NCBI GenBank assembly: GCA_023245265.1
Contig: JAHFKQ010000001.1
Span: forward strand, 1 to 43,617
DNA length: 43,617 nt
Source: Candidatus Collierbacteria bacterium
GTDB lineage: Bacteria > Patescibacteriota > Microgenomatia > UBA1400 > MFAQ01
Direction of reading: 5' to 3'
The translations under genes and the position numbers were made by a program. Positions within the stretch are counted from its first letter, which is position 1. Each line of letters starts with the position of its first letter. Below, in pieces: positions 11,419 to 19,802 of this stretch. The notes under the pieces are model-generated. The model had not been told where the DNA came from. It did not search any database and saw only the letters and a program-made list of their open reading frames with translations.

Positions 11419-12186
11419 ATGACCGAAGAACGACAAGCAATTTTTTCTAAACTTCAAAAACATTCCTGGTTCAAAGCCACCGATCCAAAGCTAATAGACG
11501 AACTATCCAACTTAGCCGAAGATTACAACCCTTTTCTTTCCGATCTCTCCGAAAGACCGGACGAAATTGGCGAGCTCGATGTTCTCAAGCTTGTCAAGAT
11601 AGGCCACGGTCACTACATGATTATGCCCGTTTTTGAGGTCAGATCAAATATCACCAACCAAATTTTTACCTACGAATACTGCAGCTGGAAGACAGGCCGC
11701 AACCCCGGCATGCGTGTCTTAATTTTTCTGGAAAGAGATGGCGAAATTACCCATTTTGTCATTACCAACTCCTACAAATTCTCCGTTGCTCACTCTGCTT
11801 ATGACAGTGTTGGTGGTCTTTATCTTCACATATTTGAAAACAAGATTGTGAACCTCCCCAAAAAAATCGAAAATGAGATCCGTTTCCACCTTGGAGTCGA
11901 GAAAATCGAGTTCAAAAAAGTCACTGATCTTGGCCGATGTCACCCCGATTACGGGATGAGTAACAATCAGTCCGACTTGTTCGCGGCCACCATCGATATT
12001 TCCCATCTTCCCAATCTCGTCGTCAAAGAAGACTTCCGTACTACCCACAAGCCAGTCGGGGTCGAGATTAAAATAGTCCCCATTTCCGAGCTCAGAGACT
12101 ATATTCTGAACCAAATCGAGGATAACTACTTCTTATCCGGCATCTCCCGGGTTCTGGTTCATCCCGATTTTAGTCTCCAGATCTAG
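11419..12186 (+). CDS. Nudix-fold-like protein with a degenerate Nudix box (paralog of 15539-16333)
   Basis: The start was moved to ATG 11419 because the track start lies inside the terminator. It aligns by eye to 15539-16333 over the full length (WFKAT/WFQAT, VLKL, PVFEV/PIFEV, YDSVGGL/YDSIGGL). The region equivalent to REx2EExG reads ENEIRFHLG. Confidence 0.7.
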   Translation: MTEERQAIFSKLQKHSWFKATDPKLIDELSNLAEDYNPFLSDLSERPDEIGELDVLKLVKIGHGHYMIMPVFEVRSNITNQIFTYEYCSWKTGRNPGMRVLIFLERDGEITHFVITNSYKFSVAHSAYDSVGGLYLHIFENKIVNLPKKIENEIRFHLGVEKIEFKKVTDLGRCHPDYGMSNNQSDLFAATIDISHLPNLVVKEDFRTTHKPVGVEIKIVPISELRDYILNQIEDNYFLSGISRVLVHPDFSLQI

Positions 12187-12190
12187 GCTC

Positions 12191-12243
12191 TTGACAGGAA
12201 AAGGAACCTATAGTATCATTATCCCAGACTTAAAAAGTTCGAC
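12191..12243 (+). promoter_or_regulatory. Promoter TTGACA-N17-TATCAT plus conserved leader element GACTTAAAAAGTTCGAC (12227-12243)
   Basis: The element begins exactly 7 nt after the -10 hexamer, as in the copies at 13527 and 16382. Confidence 0.7.
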
Positions 12244-12438
12244 ATTTCAAAGTCAATATCTCGTTCCAAAGGAGCAACCTATGCCTCGTTAATTCGTGCC
12301 TGCAAGCTCAGCTCTACCCCTCACCCCTTGGCCACCTCATCAGATCTGTTTATCATTTTTCAATTCCTAATACCCTTAGAAGACTGAAAATAGTAAGCAT
12401 TCTATCCTCAATTCACGGTCAAACTCAAAGGAGCCATC

Positions 12439-13149
12439 TTGAACAGTCATCTGCCTTTCTTTGGATTAATCTCAAAACAAATATCATCAATTTTTACCGC
12501 CGTTCCTCCGAACCTAAACCGGAGCTGGCAAATCTCCCTTGCCGATGGCGAGGCCGAGATCATCGACGCCTCCGGCGACATCCATTTCGGCAAGCTAAAT
12601 AAGCTTTCCTTGGATCATCTCATCCTGAGTTCTGCTTTTGGCCAGCTGGTCTACGGCTTTTTAAATCAGTCGTGGGATCAATGGGCCTTTTTCGAAGGTA
12701 CCTCAGACCTCGAACCAGCCGGTGTTTGGATAGCCATGTTTACCAGAATTCAGGGGATTCTCCATGTTGGCGTCATCGAAGAGTCACGCCCTCTCATCCA
12801 AGGCCATTTCTTTGCCATTCCTCATGGTTTCGTTGATATGGGTGAGCAGGGGCACGAGGCCGCCATGAGAGAGTTACTGGAAGAAACCGGAGTCAAAGTC
12901 ACCCAAATCTATTCGTTAGGTTACCTAGGTCACAACACCGCTTTTTTTGGTGGTTCAACTTCAGGTGCCCATAGCGACGAAGGTTTCTTGGTCATTCTTG
13001 AAAATGAGCTTCAGACGGTAAAAATCGGCGTCAAAGAATCCACCTTGAAATGGATTCCAACCTCAGAATTTGTTCTTTCCGGCTATTGTGCCCCATCAAC
13101 TGCGGTTGTGGCCAAAGCCCTAGTCAAAGTCACAAAGGAGACTAAATGA
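12439..13149 (+). CDS. Nudix hydrolase (ADP-ribose pyrophosphatase-like)
   Basis: Perfect Nudix box GFVDMGEQGHEAAMRELLEETGV (Gx5Ex7REUxEExGU). TTG start 5 nt after AAAGGAG. Confidence 0.85.
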   Translation: MNSHLPFFGLISKQISSIFTAVPPNLNRSWQISLADGEAEIIDASGDIHFGKLNKLSLDHLILSSAFGQLVYGFLNQSWDQWAFFEGTSDLEPAGVWIAMFTRIQGILHVGVIEESRPLIQGHFFAIPHGFVDMGEQGHEAAMRELLEETGVKVTQIYSLGYLGHNTAFFGGSTSGAHSDEGFLVILENELQTVKIGVKESTLKWIPTSEFVLSGYCAPSTAVVAKALVKVTKETK

Positions 13150-13409
13150 TCATCAATCTCATCCTCGAGCTTTTCGTCCAGAACATTTTTGCCATCGCCG
13201 CTTGTTTGTTCTTTCTAATACTGATCATCGGGTCCACCAGAAACCAAAAACTAAAATCCACAGTCAAATGTAGTAAATGCAAAACACAGTTTACGGTTGA
13301 TCCACAACAGGTTCAAGTGTCCGCCGGTCAGCCATCTGGAATAGGAGATGATGGTCTCTCATACTGGATCGACTGTCCATATTGCCACGAGTCAAACTCA
13401 CCTTATTAA
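13146..13409 (+). CDS. Small membrane protein with a C-terminal zinc ribbon
   Basis: ATGA overlap with the Nudix gene. One TM helix. CSKC...(38 aa)...CPYC cysteine pairs. Confidence 0.65.
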   Translation: MIINLILELFVQNIFAIAACLFFLILIIGSTRNQKLKSTVKCSKCKTQFTVDPQQVQVSAGQPSGIGDDGLSYWIDCPYCHESNSPY

Positions 13410-13432
13410 GTCACTCGCCTAGCCTCCACTTA

Positions 13433-13458
13433 CCCACCTCAACCGAGGTGGGTTTTTT
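13433..13458 (+). terminator. Rho-independent terminator
   Basis: CCCACCTC-AACC-GAGGTGGG-TTTTTT. Confidence 0.9.
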
Positions 13459-13489
13459 GTGCCTTCTCCGCCTAGCCACGAACTCCCTC

Positions 13490-13543
13490 TTGCTTTTTGT
13501 CTAAGTTATAACTTATAATACTCGTTGACTTACAAGGTTCGAC
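13490..13543 (+). promoter_or_regulatory. Promoter TTGCTT-N18-TATAAT plus conserved leader element GACTTACAAGGTTCGAC (13527-13543)
   Basis: The element begins 7 nt after the -10 hexamer. A ~130-nt C/U-rich leader precedes the SD AAGGAGG. Confidence 0.7.
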
Positions 13544-13674
13544 CTTAAAATATTTCCCAGCGCGTGCCTATTTGGGCAGCCATCGAACCTATTTTTACCC
13601 CTTTCCCCTTCTTTCCAACCGTTTACCCGGTTGTTTCGTGTATCCCAATCCCCATACCTTAAGGAGGTATTCCC

Positions 13675-15060
13675 ATGTTTTTTTCAAAAATCCGTTCGTC
13701 TTGGCTCGCCTTATGGGCGGGCTTCCTGCATTTTATGTACCTCGATCGTCCTGCAAAGAATGCCGCCAAACCCAGTTTTTACACTCCCGAGGAGCTTCGC
13801 GAGAAGCTGAAGGACCGTTCATTCCAGCTCGAAGCCATCAACTGGATCGAAATGACGCTCCGCCCACTGGAAAATGACGCCATCTTTTTGGCAGTCGCCC
13901 AAAACCGACCTACCGATGCTCGTAACATTACCACTCGCGACTTCCGTCAAATTCTCGATCTGTTCGCCCCTTTCATTGAAAGTGGCACTCCCGCTCACGA
14001 AAAAGGCCATCACATTTTTGATGCCCTAGGCATAATGTCCCTGATTAGTAACGATCCCTGGATTGCCCGGGCTTACAGAAACGAAATCGATGCGGCAGCG
14101 CTAGCCGGCATGATCCACGATGGTCTGACCGGTGTTCAGCACCGTTACATCGACAACAATTGGGAGCTGGATCACGGAGAAATCTGGGCCCACGAAGTTT
14201 ATCGAATGCTAGAGGGTCTGGTAAGCCAGCCAGTCCGGCTACTTACCGCCTATTTTATCGCCACTCACCCACATCGTACCAAGGATGTCACTCTGGCTAG
14301 CGGATACATTCGTCGACCGTGGAATGTCAAGATCTTCTACTACGAAGATCGTCCTGTCCGCATCGGCGACCGCCTTACCAAATTCACTGATCGCCTTGAA
14401 AACGGTGGCGACTCGGCTTGCCATTTCACCCGGCACGCCCTGGCCAATGTCGATGGCGCCCTTGTTGGCGGTCTTGACCTCAATCATCTGGACGGGACCT
14501 ACAACTTCTCCAACTCTCTCAGTCGACTCTTTGCCCCTTCGTTAGGATCGATTTCCATGCCCTCACTCAAGGATGGTGAACCTGTTCTGAAAGATGGCCA
14601 ACCGGTCATGGAGAATGTGCCCAGCATGATACAACACCTAAAGGGCTATGCCGATTCTGCTGTTGCACGGCCGTATAGTCCCTACAACATGTACGACGAC
14701 TTTTCTCCCAACATGCGTTTTCTGATGGACTGGAAAATCGCCAACAACAAAAAATTGATCGAGTTGGTCCAAAACACTACCGGCACCCCTAACTTCGAGC
14801 TGTTTGTTCAACTCATGCAGATGAAGTCCGGCTATCCAAATAATGATCAAACGCAAAAAACCATCGAGCTAACTCGTGCCTTGTGGGAACGGACCTCTCC
14901 CGAGGATCAGGCACACTGGGCCCAAGCCTTCGAATTTGCCCTCGCCTCCTATTATGAGTGGCTCACCGTCTTGGAGACTCAAATTTCCCAAGCTACCGAC
15001 CCGACAGTCCTGGCCTTCCAGCCCTTAGTGGCCGAATTCATTTCTCAGGTCAAGGGCTAA
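13675..15060 (+). CDS. Large HD-domain-like protein (461 aa), function unknown
   Basis: KGHHIFDALGIMSL...(~30 aa)...LAGMIHDGLTG gives H...HD spacing. Later IATHPH. Strong SD. Confidence 0.65.
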   Translation: MFFSKIRSSWLALWAGFLHFMYLDRPAKNAAKPSFYTPEELREKLKDRSFQLEAINWIEMTLRPLENDAIFLAVAQNRPTDARNITTRDFRQILDLFAPFIESGTPAHEKGHHIFDALGIMSLISNDPWIARAYRNEIDAAALAGMIHDGLTGVQHRYIDNNWELDHGEIWAHEVYRMLEGLVSQPVRLLTAYFIATHPHRTKDVTLASGYIRRPWNVKIFYYEDRPVRIGDRLTKFTDRLENGGDSACHFTRHALANVDGALVGGLDLNHLDGTYNFSNSLSRLFAPSLGSISMPSLKDGEPVLKDGQPVMENVPSMIQHLKGYADSAVARPYSPYNMYDDFSPNMRFLMDWKIANNKKLIELVQNTTGTPNFELFVQLMQMKSGYPNNDQTQKTIELTRALWERTSPEDQAHWAQAFEFALASYYEWLTVLETQISQATDPTVLAFQPLVAEFISQVKG

Positions 15061-15061
15061 A

Positions 15062-15463
15062 ATGGGCTTCAGTGTCGATTACGAACCAAACTTTACCTCG
15101 ATCCAGTACTCGTATATCAAGCCAGATCAAGACATCCGGGTTCTAAACTGGAAAGAGTTCCCTTTCCTGGAGTCGGTCAAAGACACTCAAGCCATCTATT
15201 TTTCGGCTTCCACTGTGGGTGGCAATCATCGCCATCCTCGCACGGAATGGTATCTGGGTTTTGGGGATCTAATCATTTACTGGTTAGATACCACAGGCAA
15301 ACGACATCAGAGGCATTTAAATCCCCAGGGGAGGCTGTTACTAGTGAAGATCCCCCCTTATCTGCCCCACGCTGTCCGAAACCGCTCAGTCACCAATTCA
15401 GCCCTGCTCATTGAGCTGGCCGACGCTCCTCAGCACGATGTCGAGCGCATCAAAGTTTTCTAA
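15062..15463 (+). CDS. Small cupin-fold protein (RmlC/WxcM-like)
   Basis: Starts 1 nt after the upstream stop. GGNHRHPRTEWYLGFGDLIIYWLD...LVKIPPYLPHAVRN resembles sugar epimerase/isomerase cupins. Confidence 0.6.
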   Translation: MGFSVDYEPNFTSIQYSYIKPDQDIRVLNWKEFPFLESVKDTQAIYFSASTVGGNHRHPRTEWYLGFGDLIIYWLDTTGKRHQRHLNPQGRLLLVKIPPYLPHAVRNRSVTNSALLIELADAPQHDVERIKVF

Positions 15464-15470
15464 CTCTCAA

Positions 15471-15495
15471 CCCACCCCTTCGGGGGTGGGTTTTT
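15471..15495 (+). terminator. Rho-independent terminator
   Basis: CCCACCCC-TTCG-GGGGTGGG-TTTTT. Confidence 0.9.
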
Positions 15496-15538
15496 CTTGG
15501 TCTCTTGACATTCTTTTTTTGTTCTATAACATGAACCT

Positions 15539-16333
15539 ATGTCCACCGCATTTAACTTCGAAGCTTTTAGCTACACACTCCCTCCTAACCGTCAGCTTTT
15601 GGCTGCCAAGCTCATCGAGAAAAAATGGTTCCAAGCTACTTCACCCGAACTCCAGCAAGAAGTACTTACCCTCCCGGACGATCACGAAGGCTTTCTCTAC
15701 GATCTGAGCCATCGCCCGGATATAGTCGGTCATCTGACCGTCCTCAAACTTCTCAAAATCGTCCGTGGCGAGTTTTTGGTCACCCCCATTTTCGAGGTTC
15801 ACTCCGCCACCTCAGGTAAAACCTTCACCAAAGAATATGTCTGCTGGAAAATGGGCGCTTTCCCGGGTATCAAGGGTACTTTATTCGTTCGCTTACACGG
15901 CAACATCACTCACTTTATCACCATCCAAACCGACAAATTTCCCGTTGGTGCCCTCTGTTACGACTCCATTGGTGGACTTTTTCAATATGCCAAAGGTACC
16001 AACCTCGATTTACCCAACAAAGTCGAACAGCTCATCAAAGATAAGCTTGGTTTACAAGCACTCAAAATTCAGGAATTTATCGATCTGGGACACATCCAGT
16101 CCGATAACGGCCTGACGCCAAACTACCCCCAAATCTTTGCCGCGATTATCGACGGCGACGAAGCTGGGCACCTCTCAGCCCGCGAGATTGACCCCCAGGA
16201 TCGCGAACAGGCCAATTTCCGGATCCAGGTCGTACCCATCCAGGAGCTCCCCGAATACCTCCTCAGGGTCGACGACGCCTTTTTCCTGGCTACCTGTGCC
16301 CGCCTCTTAGCCAAACGGGTTATCACCCTCTAG
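15539..16333 (+). CDS. Nudix-fold-like protein with a degenerate Nudix box (paralog of 11419-12186)
   Basis: It aligns to 11419-12186 and, by eye, to the Nudix core of 12439-13149 (G..F.R..G.I.H..I). The box position reads VEQLIKDKLGL. It is preceded by TTGACA-N16-TAACAT-N6-ATG with no SD. Confidence 0.7.
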   Translation: MSTAFNFEAFSYTLPPNRQLLAAKLIEKKWFQATSPELQQEVLTLPDDHEGFLYDLSHRPDIVGHLTVLKLLKIVRGEFLVTPIFEVHSATSGKTFTKEYVCWKMGAFPGIKGTLFVRLHGNITHFITIQTDKFPVGALCYDSIGGLFQYAKGTNLDLPNKVEQLIKDKLGLQALKIQEFIDLGHIQSDNGLTPNYPQIFAAIIDGDEAGHLSAREIDPQDREQANFRIQVVPIQELPEYLLRVDDAFFLATCARLLAKRVITL

Positions 16334-16344
16334 GCACAGACCTC

Positions 16345-16398
16345 TTGACATATACTCTAGGCTGAAGCTATAATACCCCCAGACTTACAAAGTTCGTC
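16345..16398 (+). promoter_or_regulatory. Promoter TTGACA-N18-TATAAT plus conserved leader element GACTTACAAAGTTCGTC (16382-16398)
   Basis: The element begins 7 nt after the -10 hexamer. SD AAGGAG precedes ATG 16450. Confidence 0.75.
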
Positions 16399-16449
16399 TT
16401 TTACATCCGCTTTTCTCCGTTCTTCCACCCTATTTCTTAAGGAGTCCCT

Positions 16450-16851
16450 ATGTCAGTTATCAAAAATGTTCGTATTTCGTTTGCCGTCGCCTGGTATTCA
16501 AACCCAACAGTTGGCCAAGGCACTATTGACCTCAAAGAAGGCGAAGGTCACAAGACTAAAGGCTTCGAAATCTCCGCCGACCATCGCTACCTCACCGCCT
16601 GGTCATACGATCTTGAAGAAAAGTACCCCATGCGTTGTAAGGTCGGCCTCAAGCCCGGCTTTTTTACCCAGATTGGAAACTTGCTCAAAGGCAATCCCAT
16701 GTTTCGGACTCGCCCAAAGTATGTTTCCGTCCTCGTAACAACCCGCTTCCCTCTTAGCGCCGTAAAAAATATTTCTTTTAGCAACGACTGGGACGACTCG
16801 TCCTACTCTTTCTACGACGCCGACAAACTTTCCCCAAAGGAGAACAAATGA
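16450..16851 (+). CDS. Hypothetical protein (133 aa)
   Basis: Strong SD. ATGA overlap with the next gene. No recognisable motif. Confidence 0.6.
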   Translation: MSVIKNVRISFAVAWYSNPTVGQGTIDLKEGEGHKTKGFEISADHRYLTAWSYDLEEKYPMRCKVGLKPGFFTQIGNLLKGNPMFRTRPKYVSVLVTTRFPLSAVKNISFSNDWDDSSYSFYDADKLSPKENK

Positions 16852-17267
16852 AAACCTTGTTTTTCCTCGGCCTAGGATCTTGGATCATCCAAATTTTGTC
16901 GACTGGTCTTAGCTTGGCTTCGTTCAATCACATTAAGTCTCAGATCAATGATCCTGCCAGCCTGCCTCTTTGGTATCAGATTCTAGCTTGGGTTATAAAT
17001 TTATCCTCCGTCGGATATTTGATTTGTACCCTCTGGATCTTTTTTACATTTCAGAGTCCTGTGTTTATGATTTCGGTCATTCTGGCTGCAGTGATTATCG
17101 CTATTCGAATGCGACACGGGCAAAAGGTCCCGACCAAAATGAGTAAGGAAGAAATTGCCGACTTTAACTTGGATTTCAAAGGTATCCTCATCGTTTGGTT
17201 GATTACCTTGGAAGTCTCTTTCTACGGCGCAGTCCCCTACTTACTGCTTTTCATATTTACTCTCTAG
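16848..17267 (+). CDS. Hypothetical integral membrane protein (~4 TM)
   Basis: Translationally coupled to 16450-16851. Hydrophobic helices throughout. Confidence 0.6.
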   Translation: MKTLFFLGLGSWIIQILSTGLSLASFNHIKSQINDPASLPLWYQILAWVINLSSVGYLICTLWIFFTFQSPVFMISVILAAVIIAIRMRHGQKVPTKMSKEEIADFNLDFKGILIVWLITLEVSFYGAVPYLLLFIFTL

Positions 17268-19363
17268 TCAAGTTTCTTCCCCGCCTTCACCGGCGGGGTT
17301 TTTATTGGCAAAGTAAATTCAAAGGTTGTTCCCTTGCCCTCTACACTCGAAAAGCGTATTTCTCCCCCGGAGGACTCAATAATCGCTTTAGTGAGATAAA
17401 GTCCCAAGCCGGAACCTTCCGTAAATTTTTTCAGAGCATTGCTAGCACGGAAGAATTTTTGAAACATTCTCTCCTGTTCCTCCATCGGGATACCGATGCC
17501 ATTATCGCTAACTTCGGAAATTATCTTTCCATCTTTGGCGTAAACTTTGACAGTTATCTCGCCTTTCTCCCCAGTGTAGCGGATAGCATTCGAGATGAGG
17601 TTGGCGTACACATGACGGATTAAGTCAGCATCAATATTGATGATGGGTAGTTTTTCACTTACTTGATCAATAAAGACTTTACCTTGACCTTCAGGATTTA
17701 ACTCAAAGTCCCCGATTATCGATTTCACTAAAGTTTTTAAGTCAGTTGATTTTGGCATGACCGCAATCTTTCCGGACTCCATTCTACTCAGGCTCAATAA
17801 CGAGTTAACAATCGTGATTTCTCTTTGGTTGGATTCTTCAATTCGATCAACAAATTCTTTTTGTTTTTTTGACAGTGGACCACCATCACCATTTTTTAAC
17901 ATTTCAGTAAACCACTTCACCGCCGATAGTGGAGTCCGCAATTGGTGGCTGGCCAAGGAAATAAACTCGGTCTTTATTTTTTCAATCGCCCTTTCTTTAC
18001 TTAGATCTCTTTCAATCCCCACAAAGAAAAGCAATTTTTTTTGCTCGTCCAAAATCGGTGAGATATGCATTTCTGCTTCGTAAGACTCTCCATTTTTCCT
18101 CTTATTTGTTACCTCATCTTCAAATGGCATTTTTTCATCCCTAATTGTTCTCCACATTCTTTGATAATATTCTTTAGGCATATTGCCTCCCCACAGGGAA
18201 GGTTTCTTCCCAATAAGTTCGGCTTCCGTGTAACCGGTAATTTTCATGGCGGCCTTATTCACATAAATAATTGTGCCATCTATATTTGTTATCACCACTT
18301 GGTCGGAAACTCCATCCACTGCTTGCTTAAATTTCTTCAAATCTCGTGTCGCAAATTCTACCAAGCTCCCCGCCCTCCTGTCTGCCGAGACAAACGAATA
18401 AATACTCAAAAACCATAATATATTTAGAGAGAGAACCATGACCAAAGTAATTGTTGGTAAATTTTCTTCATAATCTGAAAGTTTATATAGCCTATCCGTA
18501 TCCAAAATAATCTTCATCTTTCGATTTAACAGATTAAAGTCTTTAGAAACTGTATGCATCGGTCTTTCCCCTTGTAGTGATCCGACACTCATTACTTTTT
18601 TGTCCCCATCAATAAGTGAATATCTTATGCCCGGCCTCGTGACAAACTCTTCTTTCAATCTGTCAACATTCAGCCAAACATCTATAAACCCGATCAACAT
18701 TTCATCTCTTTTCTCTATTGGTATTTCTTCAATATTTTCAATCTTAAAAATCGGCATAATTACTCCGTATCCAGTCTTCTTGCTCTGGGGAATGATTTCC
18801 TCTAGCCGACCCAACTCCGACATTACTGGTTGGTTTGTCTTTTCGGCTAAAAGCAAAGCCGCCATGGTATTTTCTGAAGTTTGCAAATCAAATCCCAGCA
18901 AGTCATTAATTTGTGGATCAATAGAGTAAAGGTGTTTAATTGGATAAATTGTAAGACTGTCTGTTTTTGGGAAGACTTGATAATTTTCATAGTCATCAAT
19001 TCCCGAAGACCTCATTTCTAACTCCATTTTTTTTAAGTCTTTACGGGCTATTTTTGGCACATATGCCAGGGAATAGTCTTGATGATTTTGATCACTTACT
19101 AAAGCTTTAAAATGGTCGTTCCAATCCCTTGGGTGATCTTCACTCAAACTGATCAGGCCTTTCAGGTCATAAAGCAGGTCCACCCCCCTATCTATTTTGT
19201 CTACCATAGTCTTCACCACATCATCCAGAGTTTTGGACAGCTCCGCAATCCTTCTGAGCTCCACTGACCGTTGGATATAAATCATTAACATCACCGATCC
19301 CACCATCAATACCAAACTAGTCGTACCAATTAAAAATAACCTCCCCAAGTGTTCAATTTTCAT
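17264..19363 (-). CDS. Sensor histidine kinase: TM, CHASE-like extracytoplasmic domain, TM, PAS, HisKA, HATPase_c
   Basis: H-box FISLASHQLRTPLSAV, N-box ANLISNAIRYT, G-boxes DNGIGIP and GSGLGL. PAS region VVITNIDGTIIYVNKAAMKITGY. A ~270-aa loop lies between the two TM helices. Confidence 0.92.
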   Translation of the reverse strand: MKIEHLGRLFLIGTTSLVLMVGSVMLMIYIQRSVELRRIAELSKTLDDVVKTMVDKIDRGVDLLYDLKGLISLSEDHPRDWNDHFKALVSDQNHQDYSLAYVPKIARKDLKKMELEMRSSGIDDYENYQVFPKTDSLTIYPIKHLYSIDPQINDLLGFDLQTSENTMAALLLAEKTNQPVMSELGRLEEIIPQSKKTGYGVIMPIFKIENIEEIPIEKRDEMLIGFIDVWLNVDRLKEEFVTRPGIRYSLIDGDKKVMSVGSLQGERPMHTVSKDFNLLNRKMKIILDTDRLYKLSDYEENLPTITLVMVLSLNILWFLSIYSFVSADRRAGSLVEFATRDLKKFKQAVDGVSDQVVITNIDGTIIYVNKAAMKITGYTEAELIGKKPSLWGGNMPKEYYQRMWRTIRDEKMPFEDEVTNKRKNGESYEAEMHISPILDEQKKLLFFVGIERDLSKERAIEKIKTEFISLASHQLRTPLSAVKWFTEMLKNGDGGPLSKKQKEFVDRIEESNQREITIVNSLLSLSRMESGKIAVMPKSTDLKTLVKSIIGDFELNPEGQGKVFIDQVSEKLPIINIDADLIRHVYANLISNAIRYTGEKGEITVKVYAKDGKIISEVSDNGIGIPMEEQERMFQKFFRASNALKKFTEGSGLGLYLTKAIIESSGGEIRFSSVEGKGTTFEFTLPIKTPPVKAGKKLD
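17279..17303 (+). terminator. Rho-independent terminator embedded in the 3' coding end of the convergent kinase gene
   Basis: CCCCGCC-TTCAC(C)-GGCGGGG-TTTTT. The same bases encode ...KTPPVKAGKK on the minus strand. Confidence 0.8.
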
Positions 19364-19364
19364 G

Positions 19365-19742
19365 TCAGCTACTCAGTTTATCTTTGGGACACATTTTTTT
19401 CAGTTCCTCATCTATGTTCGAAAGACCCACATCAGTTTTCATAAAGCATTTAGTCGCACCCATTTGAAGGACTCTTTCCATAGCATCAGGTAAATTAGTA
19501 ATTACAAGAATTGGGATGTTAGTCGTTTTTTGATTCTTTTTTAATTCTTTCAAAACATCCAAACCGTTTAACCTTCCCGGCATATAAATATCTAGCAAAA
19601 TCAGGTCCGGCTCAAAAGTATCAGCTTCTTTTACCCCCATCTCACCATCTGTCGCAATTCTTACATCATACTTCTCTTCAAATTTTCTTCGATATGCTTC
19701 ATTTAGTAACAAATCATCCTCAATGATGAGTAATTTTGCCAT
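19365..19742 (-). CDS. Single-domain response regulator (CheY-like receiver)
   Basis: LIIEDD...DLILLDIYMPG...ILVITN...K motifs. 1 nt upstream of the kinase gene. Confidence 0.9.
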   Translation of the reverse strand: MAKLLIIEDDLLLNEAYRRKFEEKYDVRIATDGEMGVKEADTFEPDLILLDIYMPGRLNGLDVLKELKKNQKTTNIPILVITNLPDAMERVLQMGATKCFMKTDVGLSNIDEELKKMCPKDKLSS

Positions 19743-19802
19743 ATACCTAAATATATCACAGAGAAATTTCCGTAAATTAACTTACATCCTCTCCAGAAAG
19801 TC

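Noticed and set aside
13572-13877. 101-aa ORF overlapping the leader and 5' end of 13675-15060
   Set aside because: It has no SD, uses a TTG-type start in the track, and is in a different frame from a well-supported gene with a strong SD. It is probably a chance frame in a C/U-rich leader.
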